A stretch of DNA of 64,000 nucleotides. It comes from an uncultured Pelagibacteraceae bacterium (GTDB taxonomy: Bacteria; Pseudomonadota; Alphaproteobacteria; Pelagibacterales; Pelagibacteraceae). Made by a program: the position numbers and the translations under genes. The notes under the pieces were generated by a model. That model searched no databases. It saw only the letters and a list, made by a program, of their open reading frames with translations, and was not told the DNA's origin. This document shows, piece after piece, positions 31,432 through 42,093 of the stretch. The stretch lies in the NCBI GenBank assembly GCA_902525935.1, contig CABZJA010000004.1, positions 19,831 to 83,830 on the forward strand. Direction: 5' to 3'. Each line of letters opens with the position of its first letter. Position 1 is the stretch's first letter.

Positions 31432-33313
31432 GAATTATAATTTATCAATATTTACTTTTCTGCTTTTACTTTTTTGTACTTATTCACTATCAGCAGATTT
31501 AACATTAAATAATAAATTGTTTTGGTTTATTGTATTTATTTTTAATATTCTGTTTTTCCAAATCAATATTAAATTAAAAAGTTTAATCTTAGGTATTGTT
31601 GCTGTAGGTGCAACTTATATCCAGCTTATTTTTAATCAATATGTATTTTCTGAAGAGTTTTTTCTAAACTGCTTAGCAATACTATTGATAATGAAGTTTT
31701 CAGAATTAAAAAGTAAAGATAATAAACTTTCATTTAACTTGATTTGTTTAATAATATCAGTTGCAAGTCTTATTAAAGGCCAAGATATACTAAGCACATT
31801 ATTAAGTTTTACTATCGTAATACTGGTCATAATAAATATGTATTTAATTCAGCAAAAGGAATTGCTAGATTTTAATATTAAAAATCTATTTAAATATTTA
31901 GGTTTTGGATTAAGTATTTTTCCTTTTATAATTATATTTTATTTAGTTTTCCCACGTGCAGAAATAAATTTTAGATTATTTAATCCAGCATCAAGCTCGC
32001 TAGGTATTCCAGATAGCATTAATCTTGGATCTTTCAGTGAGTTTTCAAATTCAGATGAGGATGTTTTTACCCTTATAAATAACAATTTTAATAAGGAAGA
32101 GCTCTATTTTAGAGTGAAAATTTTCGATTATATGGAAGAAGACAAATCCTGGAGACCGTCTTCAAGTTACTATTTATTTGATAAATATAAATCATCTTTT
32201 AAAATTAAAGATGGCAGAGACCTAAATCAAACCTACCAGATAATTTTAGAACCTTATAAAAAGAAATGGATTCCAAGTTTAAAAAACTCAAAATCAATCT
32301 CTGACAATATTGAAATATCAGAAGATAATTTTAATCAAATTTATGTTAGCAGAGATTTAATTGATCGAAAAAAACAAATAAGTTTTAAAAGATATAAAAC
32401 TAATTACTATTTAGGAGGGGATCTAAAAGACTATTATACAAAAACTCCATCCAAAATATCAAATAGACTTCAAAATTGGGTTTTAAATAACAATACTTCA
32501 ACACCGACAGAATTTTTAGATAAGGTATATAAAAAATTTTCTGATGGATCTTACTATTATAATTTAAGTCCTCGAAATTTTTCTGGAAATAATTATGAAA
32601 ACTTTTTCTTTGATCTTAAAGAAGGGTATTGCGAATATTATGCCGGAACTTTTGTTCTTCTTGCAAGACTTGCAAATATACCAAGTAGAATTGTAACAGG
32701 TTATTATGGAGGTGAATTAAATGATGTGGGAGATTTTTACAAATTTAAACAAAAAGATACTCATGCATGGGCAGAAGTTTGGTTAGATGATAAAGGTTGG
32801 ATAAGAATAGATCCGACCAGAGCAGTTCCTGATATAAATGTCAGAAACACACTTAATAATATTTTCTCAAATAAACAATTTGCATCTAACAGTTTATTTT
32901 CATCTAATTTTTTTAAAAAAATGAGTTATTACTTTAATTACGCTGATTTTGTATGGACTCAACATTTATTATCATATGATGATAATGAACGAAAAAACTT
33001 TATTAAAGAATTGTTAAATCTTAACTTTTCTAAAATATATATTTGGATATTTATACCTTTATTTTTATTTTTAATATTTAAATTATTATTAAGTTTAAAT
33101 AGTAAAAATATTATGAGATTTTATTTATATTTAATTTTATTTGGAAAAAGAAAAAAATTTAAGATATTAAAATCTGATACAATTCAACAGATTTACTTAA
33201 AACTACCAAAGATACAAAAAAATAAATATTATAAATTTTTTAAAGCATTTGAGATTAATAAGTACTCAAGCGCAAATATTAGTTTTGTTAAGTCTTTAAA
33301 ATCAATTTTTTAG
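31418..33313 (+). CDS. TgpA-like membrane transglutaminase (DUF3488 + transglutaminase core)
   Basis: N-terminal TMs, FYLVFPR, GYCEYYA, HAWAEV, IDPT (Cys-His-Asp triad). Confidence 0.9.
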   Translation: MLKIKNYNLSIFTFLLLLFCTYSLSADLTLNNKLFWFIVFIFNILFFQINIKLKSLILGIVAVGATYIQLIFNQYVFSEEFFLNCLAILLIMKFSELKSKDNKLSFNLICLIISVASLIKGQDILSTLLSFTIVILVIINMYLIQQKELLDFNIKNLFKYLGFGLSIFPFIIIFYLVFPRAEINFRLFNPASSSLGIPDSINLGSFSEFSNSDEDVFTLINNNFNKEELYFRVKIFDYMEEDKSWRPSSSYYLFDKYKSSFKIKDGRDLNQTYQIILEPYKKKWIPSLKNSKSISDNIEISEDNFNQIYVSRDLIDRKKQISFKRYKTNYYLGGDLKDYYTKTPSKISNRLQNWVLNNNTSTPTEFLDKVYKKFSDGSYYYNLSPRNFSGNNYENFFFDLKEGYCEYYAGTFVLLARLANIPSRIVTGYYGGELNDVGDFYKFKQKDTHAWAEVWLDDKGWIRIDPTRAVPDINVRNTLNNIFSNKQFASNSLFSSNFFKKMSYYFNYADFVWTQHLLSYDDNERKNFIKELLNLNFSKIYIWIFIPLFLFLIFKLLLSLNSKNIMRFYLYLILFGKRKKFKILKSDTIQQIYLKLPKIQKNKYYKFFKAFEINKYSSANISFVKSLKSIF

Positions 33314-33448
33314 TAAAAGACTTCTCTCTGTTCTGAGTTTATTATTTTCTTTGATTAATTGAATAATCATTTCTTTCATTATTCTATTCTCCTCAACTGC
33401 TCTTCCAGTGATCTCAGCCAATCTCTCATTTTCATTAAAGATTTATAA

Positions 33449-36400
33449 TCAATAATTATGTCTCCAAGAACTTCTGTATATTCCCGTTTGACCTTGTCCT
33501 GCTTGTAAAGTTACTAAGTCTTTCTTTTTACCAGTTGATTGACCAGCTATATTTGCAAATAATTTATCTGCAAATACTACTATTTTTGATAGAACACCTT
33601 GTCCAACATAAGCACATTTATTTGATTTACCCATAGTTTGATTTAAATCGGATGAAGTATTTGTTCCACATTCGTCATCAGCTCCACAAATGTATGCATT
33701 ACCTAAACTACATTTATTTACTGATTTTGTTGGTTCATATACCGGGTAATATGCTGTTCCTTTATAGACTGTAGGTTCAGCAGTTACTTTAGCAAAATCT
33801 TTTAAAACTATATACCATCCACGATCTGCATCTTGTGGGCAACTTCCACCAGTTTTGTCGTTCGTTGTATCTTTACACTTCACTATATCGTCAGCTTTTG
33901 TAGGTATAGCTATGTTTTTATAATTAGGATAATCTTTATCTTTTATGCCTAGTAAATAATTTGAAACACCAGATGTTGTATCATTTATTCTTTCATAATC
34001 TCCTGTTCCTGCAAATAACCATAATTGTTTTGTTGTACCACCGATTGTTGCATCCATAGAGTGATACATATATCTTCCATTTGATTTTGTTGATCCGGCA
34101 GAAAACACGGTTGTACTATCAAATATCTTAATAGCATTTCCACTACCATCATCAGTCATATTTGATAAATTGAATTTAGTAATCTTACCTTCAAGATCGC
34201 TTAAATATAATAAACCTCCAGAAAAATTAATTCCAGTTGCTGTATCTGCAGTGACTAAAACAGGTGATGAAGGTGTTGAATTTACAATATCACTTGTTAC
34301 CATGTCCTCTATTTCAATGACTTTGTATAAGCTACCAGGATTAGTATTATCTTCTAAGTTAATTAAAGTTAAATTAGAACCAACCCCCTCAAATTGAGTT
34401 CCATAACCACCACCCATTGCTGCTACGTAAACATCATCTTCAATATTACTATCTCCAGCTCCATTGTTTGGAATTCTAAAAATTCTTGGATCTGACCAAG
34501 TTTCACCAAGTAAACTGTAATCATACATATCATGAGGTGACTGAACACCAGTAGCTTTAGCACCTGATTTAATTGTTATACCAACTTCTGAAGAATCTAA
34601 ATCTGGATGAGCTGAATATTTTATTGAATTTGCAAAAGTTATTTTAGTATCCCCAGAATTTGGATCAGTGCTAACAGTAAAATTATTATAATTTCTACCA
34701 TTTCTTATTATTGTTATGTCGCTTTTTTTTATTCCTTGGACTGGAAATGTCCAAATTCTTCCTTCGTAACAGTAATTACTTGTGTTATTTGCACATTTTT
34801 TCTTACTTGCATCTACACCAGATCCATTAAAATCATCATTATAATTGTCAGCAACTGTAATTGACTCTCCCATGGACGCTAAAGAATAAGATCTTCCAAT
34901 ATAATCATAAGTTGCAACATTTTGATTATGATCCATTCTGTAAACTCTGTTGTTTAATATGTCATTATATAAAGAATATAAATGCAAAGGTTTTAGAGGA
35001 TTAGTTATATCTAATACACTGAATCCTGCGCCACCTCTTCCATAGGGTACAAATAAAACTGTATGCCACTGCTTCGATGTTCCAAGTGGACTTTTAAAAT
35101 ACATGTCATGAACGACCAATGATCCATCAACACCAAACACAGCATTAGTTCCACCTCTTCCTGGTTGATTTAAATTAGTGTTCATAACCAAAGGCAAATT
35201 AGGTGCTAATAATGGTGGAACAAAGCCCCATTCTTCTTTACCAGTTTTTGCATCAAATGCGTGAAGTATTCCACTGTTTGATCCTGCATAAATAATTTCT
35301 TTTCTACTTGCTAGTGAAGCAGCCCAAGCATCATAACCTTTAATTTTTCTAAAATATGCCTCTTGGTTAGTTGATGAGAAAGCTGTTTCTGCTGATGGAG
35401 CACCAACCACAACTAGTTGTGAGTGATAAATGTCACCTAATGGATTTCTTCTTGTTTCTGATAGTTTACAATCTCCATCATAGTCAAAGTAATCTGTTCC
35501 TCTAACAAAATTAATTAAGCCTTTTAAGTCATCTGTAGTACCATCAATAACTCCAGCTGAATTAGCACATCTTCTATTATTTGTAGAACCATCTGCATTA
35601 TTGCTATCTCTATGATAATCTAAAATATCATTAGTATAAATTGCGATTAAATTTCCAACTGCTGTAGCGTTTGTATCTCTGAAATTATTATAATCAGTTT
35701 TATAATCTGTAGTTGGAATTACACTCCATATTTTTCTGCTTGCTGGCGCAGGCATTTTGTCAACTGCTGACCAGTTGCCGCTATCTGTAGTATCAAGACT
35801 TCCATCTGGATTTATTTTTGTTCTAGTAATAGTACCCGCCCATTCTTTATTTTGTCTGTAATCAAATTGTGCTTGATACATTGAACCACCAGCTTCAATT
35901 GTTGCTGTAATTGCAGGTGCTGTAAATGAAAGTTTTGAAGCAATTATTTGAGATATTGCAGCTTTTAATTGCGTTTTTAAAGATTCAGCAGTTGTTGCTA
36001 CAATTGCTTTTGTCGTTCCACCAGCATTAGCAAGCTGATTAAAGTTTCTTAAACCGCTACTACTTATTCCTGTTCCAAAAGCAACTGTAAAAGTTTTTAT
36101 TTTATGTTGTTGAAATAAGTTTCTTGCTTTCGATAATGCTCTACTATGATTATACCAATCTCCATCTCCAATCACTAATACATAACTATTTTGACATGGA
36201 GAATTTTTATCTACAGGTGTGTAAGTTCCATTAAGATAATACTGTTGTGCAATTTTCATAAATGCATCTGCATCGGTTCCTCCTCCTGGATTGACTGAAC
36301 TAATAATTCTAGCAATGTGAGCAGCTCCACCTTTATAAATCGGAACTTTTAAACAATTATAACTATTACAAGGAGTTGCATTTCCAGTTCCAGTTTTTAT

Positions 36401-37576
36401 ATTTCCATTCCATCTTGAAAATCCAGCAGTTCCATGTGCCCAATAAGCAAAACCATAATCAACCCCAGATGTTAAAGAAGCATCGGTTACCAATGATTTT
36501 ATTGCAGCATGTGCTGCTTGCATCCTAGTTGTTGGAGCTCCTCCAAAATTTTGAACCCATGTTCCGCTTGAATTAAATACTTGAACAGATCCTTTATTTA
36601 AATCTGCTGCTAATAACCTGTTATTCGCTTGATCCCAGCCTAATCCCCAAGGGTAATAAAAGTAAGTACTAGATGCAGAACTATTAGCTCTACTTCTGCT
36701 TCCGTACGAGCTAGTTGAAACTATTTGTGTAAAATTAGTATTTAAGGTTAGTTTTTGCATTCTGCTGTTTGACCAAGACAAAGTCCATAATTCTAGATTA
36801 TTGTTAGGATTAAATTGCAAACCTACGTAGTAACCAGCTCTGTAACTAATCCTACCAAGTTGACTGGTACTTTGACATCTAGATCCTGTCGTACCTAAAT
36901 TATAACTGTAAAGATAATTACTTCGAGAATAAACAATTTTACCGTTAGAGATAGCTGCACCGTAAGCATACCTTTGGTTGTTATTATAACTACAATTACT
37001 CATTGAACCATTTGCAAGATTAATAGTTTTAGACCCGTTGGCTCCGCTTACATATAAATAGCCAGTGCTTTGATCGATTGTCATATTATAAGGGTAAAAT
37101 CCAAGAGAGTATCTTGCCATACATCTTCCATCGCTTGTTCTAATGGCTACCACTGATCTTTCATAATATGCTGTAGTATAATAGACATCATTATAAGTTT
37201 CTCCACTATATGAATAAGACGTTCTACAATTTGAGTTACCTTCATATCTACTATCACCTTTTCCAGAGACACCTTTGTTTCCAAATCCAGTATCAAGAGT
37301 TTTAGAACCATAAACAAACTTTTTAACTCCATCTCTATTATATTGAGAGACAAGAACGTCTCCACTGCTATCAGCATCAGCATCATAAGGATAACGCATA
37401 CTTGCAGTACCACCACTCATTCTCCATCCCATGCTTCCAGATTTGTCTAGCAAGATTAAAACATTTGCAGGTACATCTCCAATTCCTGTTCCTGGAGGTA
37501 AAGCTTTTGAAAATACTTGATTAGTAAAAGCAAATATAATTAATATTGTTCCTATTAATAATTGTTTTAGTTTCAC
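33449..37576 (-). CDS. pilY1: PilY1/PilC-family pilus tip adhesin with vWA domain and NHL-like propeller
   Basis: Signal peptide; DKSGS MIDAS; LGDIYHS, LHAFDAKTGKEEWGFVP, FGVDGS, LGETWSDP, C-terminal SWR; last gene of the minor-pilin operon. Confidence 0.9.
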   Translation of the reverse strand: MKLKQLLIGTILIIFAFTNQVFSKALPPGTGIGDVPANVLILLDKSGSMGWRMSGGTASMRYPYDADADSSGDVLVSQYNRDGVKKFVYGSKTLDTGFGNKGVSGKGDSRYEGNSNCRTSYSYSGETYNDVYYTTAYYERSVVAIRTSDGRCMARYSLGFYPYNMTIDQSTGYLYVSGANGSKTINLANGSMSNCSYNNNQRYAYGAAISNGKIVYSRSNYLYSYNLGTTGSRCQSTSQLGRISYRAGYYVGLQFNPNNNLELWTLSWSNSRMQKLTLNTNFTQIVSTSSYGSRSRANSSASSTYFYYPWGLGWDQANNRLLAADLNKGSVQVFNSSGTWVQNFGGAPTTRMQAAHAAIKSLVTDASLTSGVDYGFAYWAHGTAGFSRWNGNIKTGTGNATPCNSYNCLKVPIYKGGAAHIARIISSVNPGGGTDADAFMKIAQQYYLNGTYTPVDKNSPCQNSYVLVIGDGDWYNHSRALSKARNLFQQHKIKTFTVAFGTGISSSGLRNFNQLANAGGTTKAIVATTAESLKTQLKAAISQIIASKLSFTAPAITATIEAGGSMYQAQFDYRQNKEWAGTITRTKINPDGSLDTTDSGNWSAVDKMPAPASRKIWSVIPTTDYKTDYNNFRDTNATAVGNLIAIYTNDILDYHRDSNNADGSTNNRRCANSAGVIDGTTDDLKGLINFVRGTDYFDYDGDCKLSETRRNPLGDIYHSQLVVVGAPSAETAFSSTNQEAYFRKIKGYDAWAASLASRKEIIYAGSNSGILHAFDAKTGKEEWGFVPPLLAPNLPLVMNTNLNQPGRGGTNAVFGVDGSLVVHDMYFKSPLGTSKQWHTVLFVPYGRGGAGFSVLDITNPLKPLHLYSLYNDILNNRVYRMDHNQNVATYDYIGRSYSLASMGESITVADNYNDDFNGSGVDASKKKCANNTSNYCYEGRIWTFPVQGIKKSDITIIRNGRNYNNFTVSTDPNSGDTKITFANSIKYSAHPDLDSSEVGITIKSGAKATGVQSPHDMYDYSLLGETWSDPRIFRIPNNGAGDSNIEDDVYVAAMGGGYGTQFEGVGSNLTLINLEDNTNPGSLYKVIEIEDMVTSDIVNSTPSSPVLVTADTATGINFSGGLLYLSDLEGKITKFNLSNMTDDGSGNAIKIFDSTTVFSAGSTKSNGRYMYHSMDATIGGTTKQLWLFAGTGDYERINDTTSGVSNYLLGIKDKDYPNYKNIAIPTKADDIVKCKDTTNDKTGGSCPQDADRGWYIVLKDFAKVTAEPTVYKGTAYYPVYEPTKSVNKCSLGNAYICGADDECGTNTSSDLNQTMGKSNKCAYVGQGVLSKIVVFADKLFANIAGQSTGKKKDLVTLQAGQGQTGIYRSSWRHNY

Positions 37577-38112
37577 TCTGAATCCTTAATTGTTTGCATT
37601 TCCATATTTTGCATATACTTCATCAATTTATTATCTAATTTAGATGTTGATATATAAATTTGCTCGTCAATAACTCCTTCGTTATTAGGAATTCTTTGAT
37701 AAACAACAAACTGGTTTGCTTTTTCAATCACCTCATATCCCGTATAAGATTTAGGATTTTGTGTTGTATCAAATTGACCGTAATTTTTTTTAACATAATT
37801 CATTAATGTTAGCTTTTCGGAGACAGAATTTGTGTAGTCGTTCAAAGCAATTAAATTAATTGCAACTAATTCTTCATTTAAAAATTTATATTCAATAGCA
37901 ATATCTTTTAAATTTTGATCTGGACAAACATCTTCCGCAAGTATTCCATAAAAATTTAGACCAGGATAATCCAAAGGCATTGGAGCACCTGCAAAATTTT
38001 TTTTTTCAAAGTCAGATCTTTTTATTCCAAGATTTGCTTTAAAGTTACATGCAGAGTAAGAAAAAGTAGTTGTTAAAATAAAAATTAGTATTGTTTTTAT
38101 TATTAATTTCAT
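37573..38112 (-). CDS. Exported hypothetical protein within minor-pilin operon
   Basis: Signal peptide MKLIIKTILIFILTTTFSYSA from ATG 38112 (track start 38169); stop overlaps pilY1 start. Confidence 0.65.
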   Translation of the reverse strand: MKLIIKTILIFILTTTFSYSACNFKANLGIKRSDFEKKNFAGAPMPLDYPGLNFYGILAEDVCPDQNLKDIAIEYKFLNEELVAINLIALNDYTNSVSEKLTLMNYVKKNYGQFDTTQNPKSYTGYEVIEKANQFVVYQRIPNNEGVIDEQIYISTSKLDNKLMKYMQNMEMQTIKDSE

Positions 38113-38171
38113 AAATTCATTATACTTTACTTTTGCTAATAATTTATCTCTATGAACCATTTTAGACATAT

Positions 38172-38852
38172 TTATTTTGGAAGTACAACAACGCTTTCGA
38201 GCGCAACAACAGTTGGATCACTACCATGTTTGATCCCACAACCGTAAACTCTGTAGGCCATTCCGTCTTTTCCTGTGTTATTAGCACCTTTTTTTACACT
38301 AGATCCTGAACCTCTGTAAGGTGCAGAGCCGATTCTTGTGATAAAGTACTGATAGTAATATTTCTTAAGTTTATCCACTTCGTCTTTTTCATCTTGTGTA
38401 GCAAATCTAAAACTATCTTTAAGTACTACTCCAAAATTCCAACTTTCAGAGATAACAACTTTCAAATCTCCTCTATCTATATCTCGATACGAATTATAGC
38501 AAAGTGGACCAGGCAATAAGTAATTCTCCTTTCCAACTGAATTTTGAGTATAATTTTTGGCTGTCATTCCACCAGTATAAACAGAAGTTTTGTTAGCCGG
38601 TAAACTTCTGGCTGATGTATTCCTCTTGTGAGTAGATGTGTTCCATGGTCCCATGAACTGATTATAAAGATATTTCTCTCCTTCAAATAATGCAGTTTCA
38701 GCTACATAGAATACTTGCTGATAATCCTCATTTCTATTATTGCTTTTATGATCACCCGCCGAAATTACAATTAAGGCACCACCCATAAGTGACATAGCAA
38801 GCATAAGAACTAAAGAAAGAACTAAAGCAAAACCTTTTTCATTTGCTTTCAT
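38172..38852 (-). CDS. pilX: PilX-like minor pilin
   Basis: KG|FALVLSL (no Glu5), VFYVAETAL. Confidence 0.85.
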   Translation of the reverse strand: MKANEKGFALVLSLVLMLAMSLMGGALIVISAGDHKSNNRNEDYQQVFYVAETALFEGEKYLYNQFMGPWNTSTHKRNTSARSLPANKTSVYTGGMTAKNYTQNSVGKENYLLPGPLCYNSYRDIDRGDLKVVISESWNFGVVLKDSFRFATQDEKDEVDKLKKYYYQYFITRIGSAPYRGSGSSVKKGANNTGKDGMAYRVYGCGIKHGSDPTVVALESVVVLPK

Positions 38853-39697
38853 TTATTACCTCCTAAATTTCTAGCATGGGCAGTAACAGTAATCACGTCT
38901 CTAAAATATCTATCGTCTTTAGCTTTTGTTCTTACAGTGTTGTTTAAAGCTTTATTTTTTTTTCTATCTCTTTTTTCTCTAAAAAAGTTTTTTGATGATC
39001 TGATCGTTATACCTATATCTACAGTTTTAATTTCATATAACTTATTTTTATTTGCATTTGATGGGGTAGGTGGTGGGCTAATCATCATTCCATTTTCATC
39101 TATTGGAAGAAAAACCATATCCTCAATGTAGTCTGCGAGTAATTGTGGTTCATATGTATCATCTCTTCCATCAGTAATTGGATTTTTCCAAACGTTTGCA
39201 GCCTTATCCCAAATCATTTTGCTTTTATAAATTGCAAAGGCGTTTATTGGAGGAAATTTCCCCCCCGGTAATGGTGGGGCACTTTTATTTTGCAATTTCG
39301 ATTTCTTACATTCGTAAGTGATTTTGTATCTTTGATAAACATATTTTGGCGTTTGATTTTTAGCGTAATCTACATCTCCATAAACAATATCTAATTTATC
39401 ACATTCTGTATTAAAATTAGTTGCTTTAGTTATAATCAATGGTGCATGCTCGCTACTTGCTTTCACATCATCATTGTAATAAGTGAAACCAGCATTTCTT
39501 ATATCTCTTAACATCATACCAACGTAATCTCTGCCTTGGCTTGAAACTTTTGCTCTATCTACAACTTTAGAATAAGAATTATTAACTACATTGTATGAAG
39601 TAAACATAGCAGCCATCATTAAAACTGAAATTACAATTCCAATTAATATTTCAATTAGTGTTACACCTGCAATATTATTTAAATTTTTTTTAATCAT
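38849..39697 (-). CDS. pilW: PilW-like minor pilin
   Basis: AG|VTLIEILI, RDIRNAGF, C-terminal ARNL. Confidence 0.85.
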   Translation of the reverse strand: MIKKNLNNIAGVTLIEILIGIVISVLMMAAMFTSYNVVNNSYSKVVDRAKVSSQGRDYVGMMLRDIRNAGFTYYNDDVKASSEHAPLIITKATNFNTECDKLDIVYGDVDYAKNQTPKYVYQRYKITYECKKSKLQNKSAPPLPGGKFPPINAFAIYKSKMIWDKAANVWKNPITDGRDDTYEPQLLADYIEDMVFLPIDENGMMISPPPTPSNANKNKLYEIKTVDIGITIRSSKNFFREKRDRKKNKALNNTVRTKAKDDRYFRDVITVTAHARNLGGNK

Positions 39698-40335
39698 TGA
39701 ATTTGAAAATATAAAACTTTTTTCTTCGGTTTTTTTTCAACATTATTTCCTTTTCTTTCAACTCTTCCTGTGCTCACGTTTACTTCCATTCTTCCGACAA
39801 TCCATTTTTCATATATCCCTGATCCAGTGTAATTTTTATTATTGTTATATTTACAATTATTGCCAGAAGCACTGTTGTTACAAATTTCAAATATTTTTAA
39901 GTTTTTATTATTTTCTGGCCCTTTGCATTTTATTCTTCTCTTTGAAAAACGTTTGTCCCATTTAAACTTTTTTGCATCTAAGGTATTTTTTTTAGTATTC
40001 TGAGAAGATGAACCTCCAGAGCAAAGCGGAGCATTCCAAGCTAATTGATTATTTTTAGCAGTATCCACCAAATACGTTATTAGGGTATCTTTACCTTTGG
40101 TTCTAGACGGTGAGCTTGAGTTTCTTTCAGAGATCAAGTCTTCAGCCACCATGGAAATTAGCAAGTTTGCTTTAGTTCTTTCTCCAGAAATATCTATGGA
40201 TCTTACGGAATATTGCACCATTTGAAATATAGCCACAAATCCTATACCTATTATTGCAGTTGAAACTAGAGCCTCTAAAAGAGTAATACCTTTATCAAAT
40301 TTTTTAAATCTATTGTTTAGTCCAGTCACTACCAC
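39694..40335 (-). CDS. pilV: PilV-like minor pilin
   Basis: KG|ITLLEALV; position before pilW. Confidence 0.75.
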   Translation of the reverse strand: MVVTGLNNRFKKFDKGITLLEALVSTAIIGIGFVAIFQMVQYSVRSIDISGERTKANLLISMVAEDLISERNSSSPSRTKGKDTLITYLVDTAKNNQLAWNAPLCSGGSSSQNTKKNTLDAKKFKWDKRFSKRRIKCKGPENNKNLKIFEICNNSASGNNCKYNNNKNYTGSGIYEKWIVGRMEVNVSTGRVERKGNNVEKKPKKKVLYFQIQ

Positions 40336-40972
40336 TCCATTTAAATGTATTTACATTACCAAACCTAGTCCACTCTATCATGTATGCTGGTTTTTCTAAA
40401 CCTAAGCCAGTACTACATTTTCCTCCACTTTTTTTTGCACTTTCTTCAGTGCAAATAATCAAGTATCTATTTGTTGATCTAGTTGAGCCATCTACAGAAA
40501 TGTTTAGTTGATTTTTTAATTTTCCAAGAGTTTTATAATGAGATCCATTTTGAGAAAAACAAACAGAACTTTCACCGTCTATATGGGTTGCAATTTCTAA
40601 ATCATCCACACCCAAAGAATCCACTGAAGTAGACCAAAATGAATTACTTAAATAACAATCCAACGGGTTACCACTATTCAATCTTGAAGTATATGCGCTC
40701 CGAGTTAAACCTTTTATTTCAAATTTTGTGTAAGCAGTATTATCAGCAAGTGGTTTTATATAAACTTGAACAAATGGGAGAGCTCCTCTTTGAGATTGAG
40801 TATTTATATTGACAAACAAATTTTTTACTTGAGCAACGGCTTTTCTAACTTTTCTATCTTTATTCCAGTTATTAAAGTTAGGAGCAGCAGCAGCAGTAAC
40901 CAAAGCTACTATTGAAATAACTACTAGTAGCTCAAGTAAAGTAAATCCTTTAATGTTCTGATCTTGCTGCAC
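40310..40972 (-). CDS. FimT/FimU (GspH-like) minor pilin
   Basis: KG|FTLLELLVV...APNF; first minor pilin of the operon. Confidence 0.8.
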   Translation of the reverse strand: MQQDQNIKGFTLLELLVVISIVALVTAAAAPNFNNWNKDRKVRKAVAQVKNLFVNINTQSQRGALPFVQVYIKPLADNTAYTKFEIKGLTRSAYTSRLNSGNPLDCYLSNSFWSTSVDSLGVDDLEIATHIDGESSVCFSQNGSHYKTLGKLKNQLNISVDGSTRSTNRYLIICTEESAKKSGGKCSTGLGLEKPAYMIEWTRFGNVNTFKWSGSDWTKQ

Positions 40973-41966
40973 CTGGATCTATCTTCCCTGATTTTGCTAA
41001 TTCTTCAAGTGATTTTTCCATTGTTATCATACCGTCTCTTACTGCGGTTTGCATAATGCTTGGTATTTGATGAATTTTTGCTTCTCTAATTAAGTTTTGT
41101 ATTGGAGCTGTGCATTTCATAATTTCGAATGCACCAACTCTACCAGCCCCATCTCTTGTTTTCAGCAATCTTTGTGTCACAACCATTTTTAATGACGTAG
41201 AAATTTGAGCTCTAATTTGTTCTTGTTGTTCAGGAGGAAATACATCAATAATTCTATTAATAGTACTTGGTGCACCACTAGTATGTAAAGTTCCAAAAAC
41301 TAAGTGTCCAGTTTCAGCAGCAGTAAGTGCCAAACTAATTGTTTCTAAATCTCTCATTTCACCAACTAAAATTACATCTGGATCTTCTCTTAATGCTGCT
41401 TTGAGAGCAGCGGCAAATGTTTGAGTTTGTTTTCCAACTTCTCTATGGGAGACTATGCTTTTATCATCTTCATGAATAAATTCGACTGGATCTTCAACAG
41501 TGATAATGTTTGCTGTTCTAGTTTTATTAATTTCATTTACAATTGCTGCAAGCGTAGTTGACTTACCAGATCCTGTGGGTCCAGTTACTAAAACCAAACC
41601 TTTATGAAAATCTACTATGTCATATAAAGAAGGTGGTAGATTAAATTGATCCATACTTGGTATTTTGCTTTCTACTCTTCTACAAACACAAGCAGGGCCT
41701 TTAATAGTTTTATAAAAATTTGCTCTAAATCTTAATCCACTTAAAGAAACAGAAGTATCTAACTCATGTGTTTTATCAAATTTTTCTAATTCTATTTCGT
41801 TACAATTCATGGATAGAAGGTCTTTAATATCTTGGGCAGCAACCATGACATCAGGTACCTTAATAATCTCTCCAGTTTGTCGGTAAGCTAAAGGTGCTCC
41901 AGATCTGATATGAAAGTCGGAAATCTTCTTATTATTTTTTGCTAATTCTTCTAATTTTTCAAACAT
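40950..41966 (-). CDS. pilT: Type IV pilus retraction ATPase
   Basis: GPTGSGKS, EDPVEF, LREDPD, AETGHLVFGTLH, PIQNLIRE. Confidence 0.95.
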   Translation of the reverse strand: MFEKLEELAKNNKKISDFHIRSGAPLAYRQTGEIIKVPDVMVAAQDIKDLLSMNCNEIELEKFDKTHELDTSVSLSGLRFRANFYKTIKGPACVCRRVESKIPSMDQFNLPPSLYDIVDFHKGLVLVTGPTGSGKSTTLAAIVNEINKTRTANIITVEDPVEFIHEDDKSIVSHREVGKQTQTFAAALKAALREDPDVILVGEMRDLETISLALTAAETGHLVFGTLHTSGAPSTINRIIDVFPPEQQEQIRAQISTSLKMVVTQRLLKTRDGAGRVGAFEIMKCTAPIQNLIREAKIHQIPSIMQTAVRDGMITMEKSLEELAKSGKIDPGAARSEH

Positions 41967-42093
41967 TCAATATTGATACTTTAAAAACTAACTAATTTTT
42001 ACTTTTTTATTTTAAAAAAACTCATTATGAACTAAAGTCATTTTTTATTCTAGTAAAAGTTGAGTATATAGTTAAAATTCGATTTATAAATTT

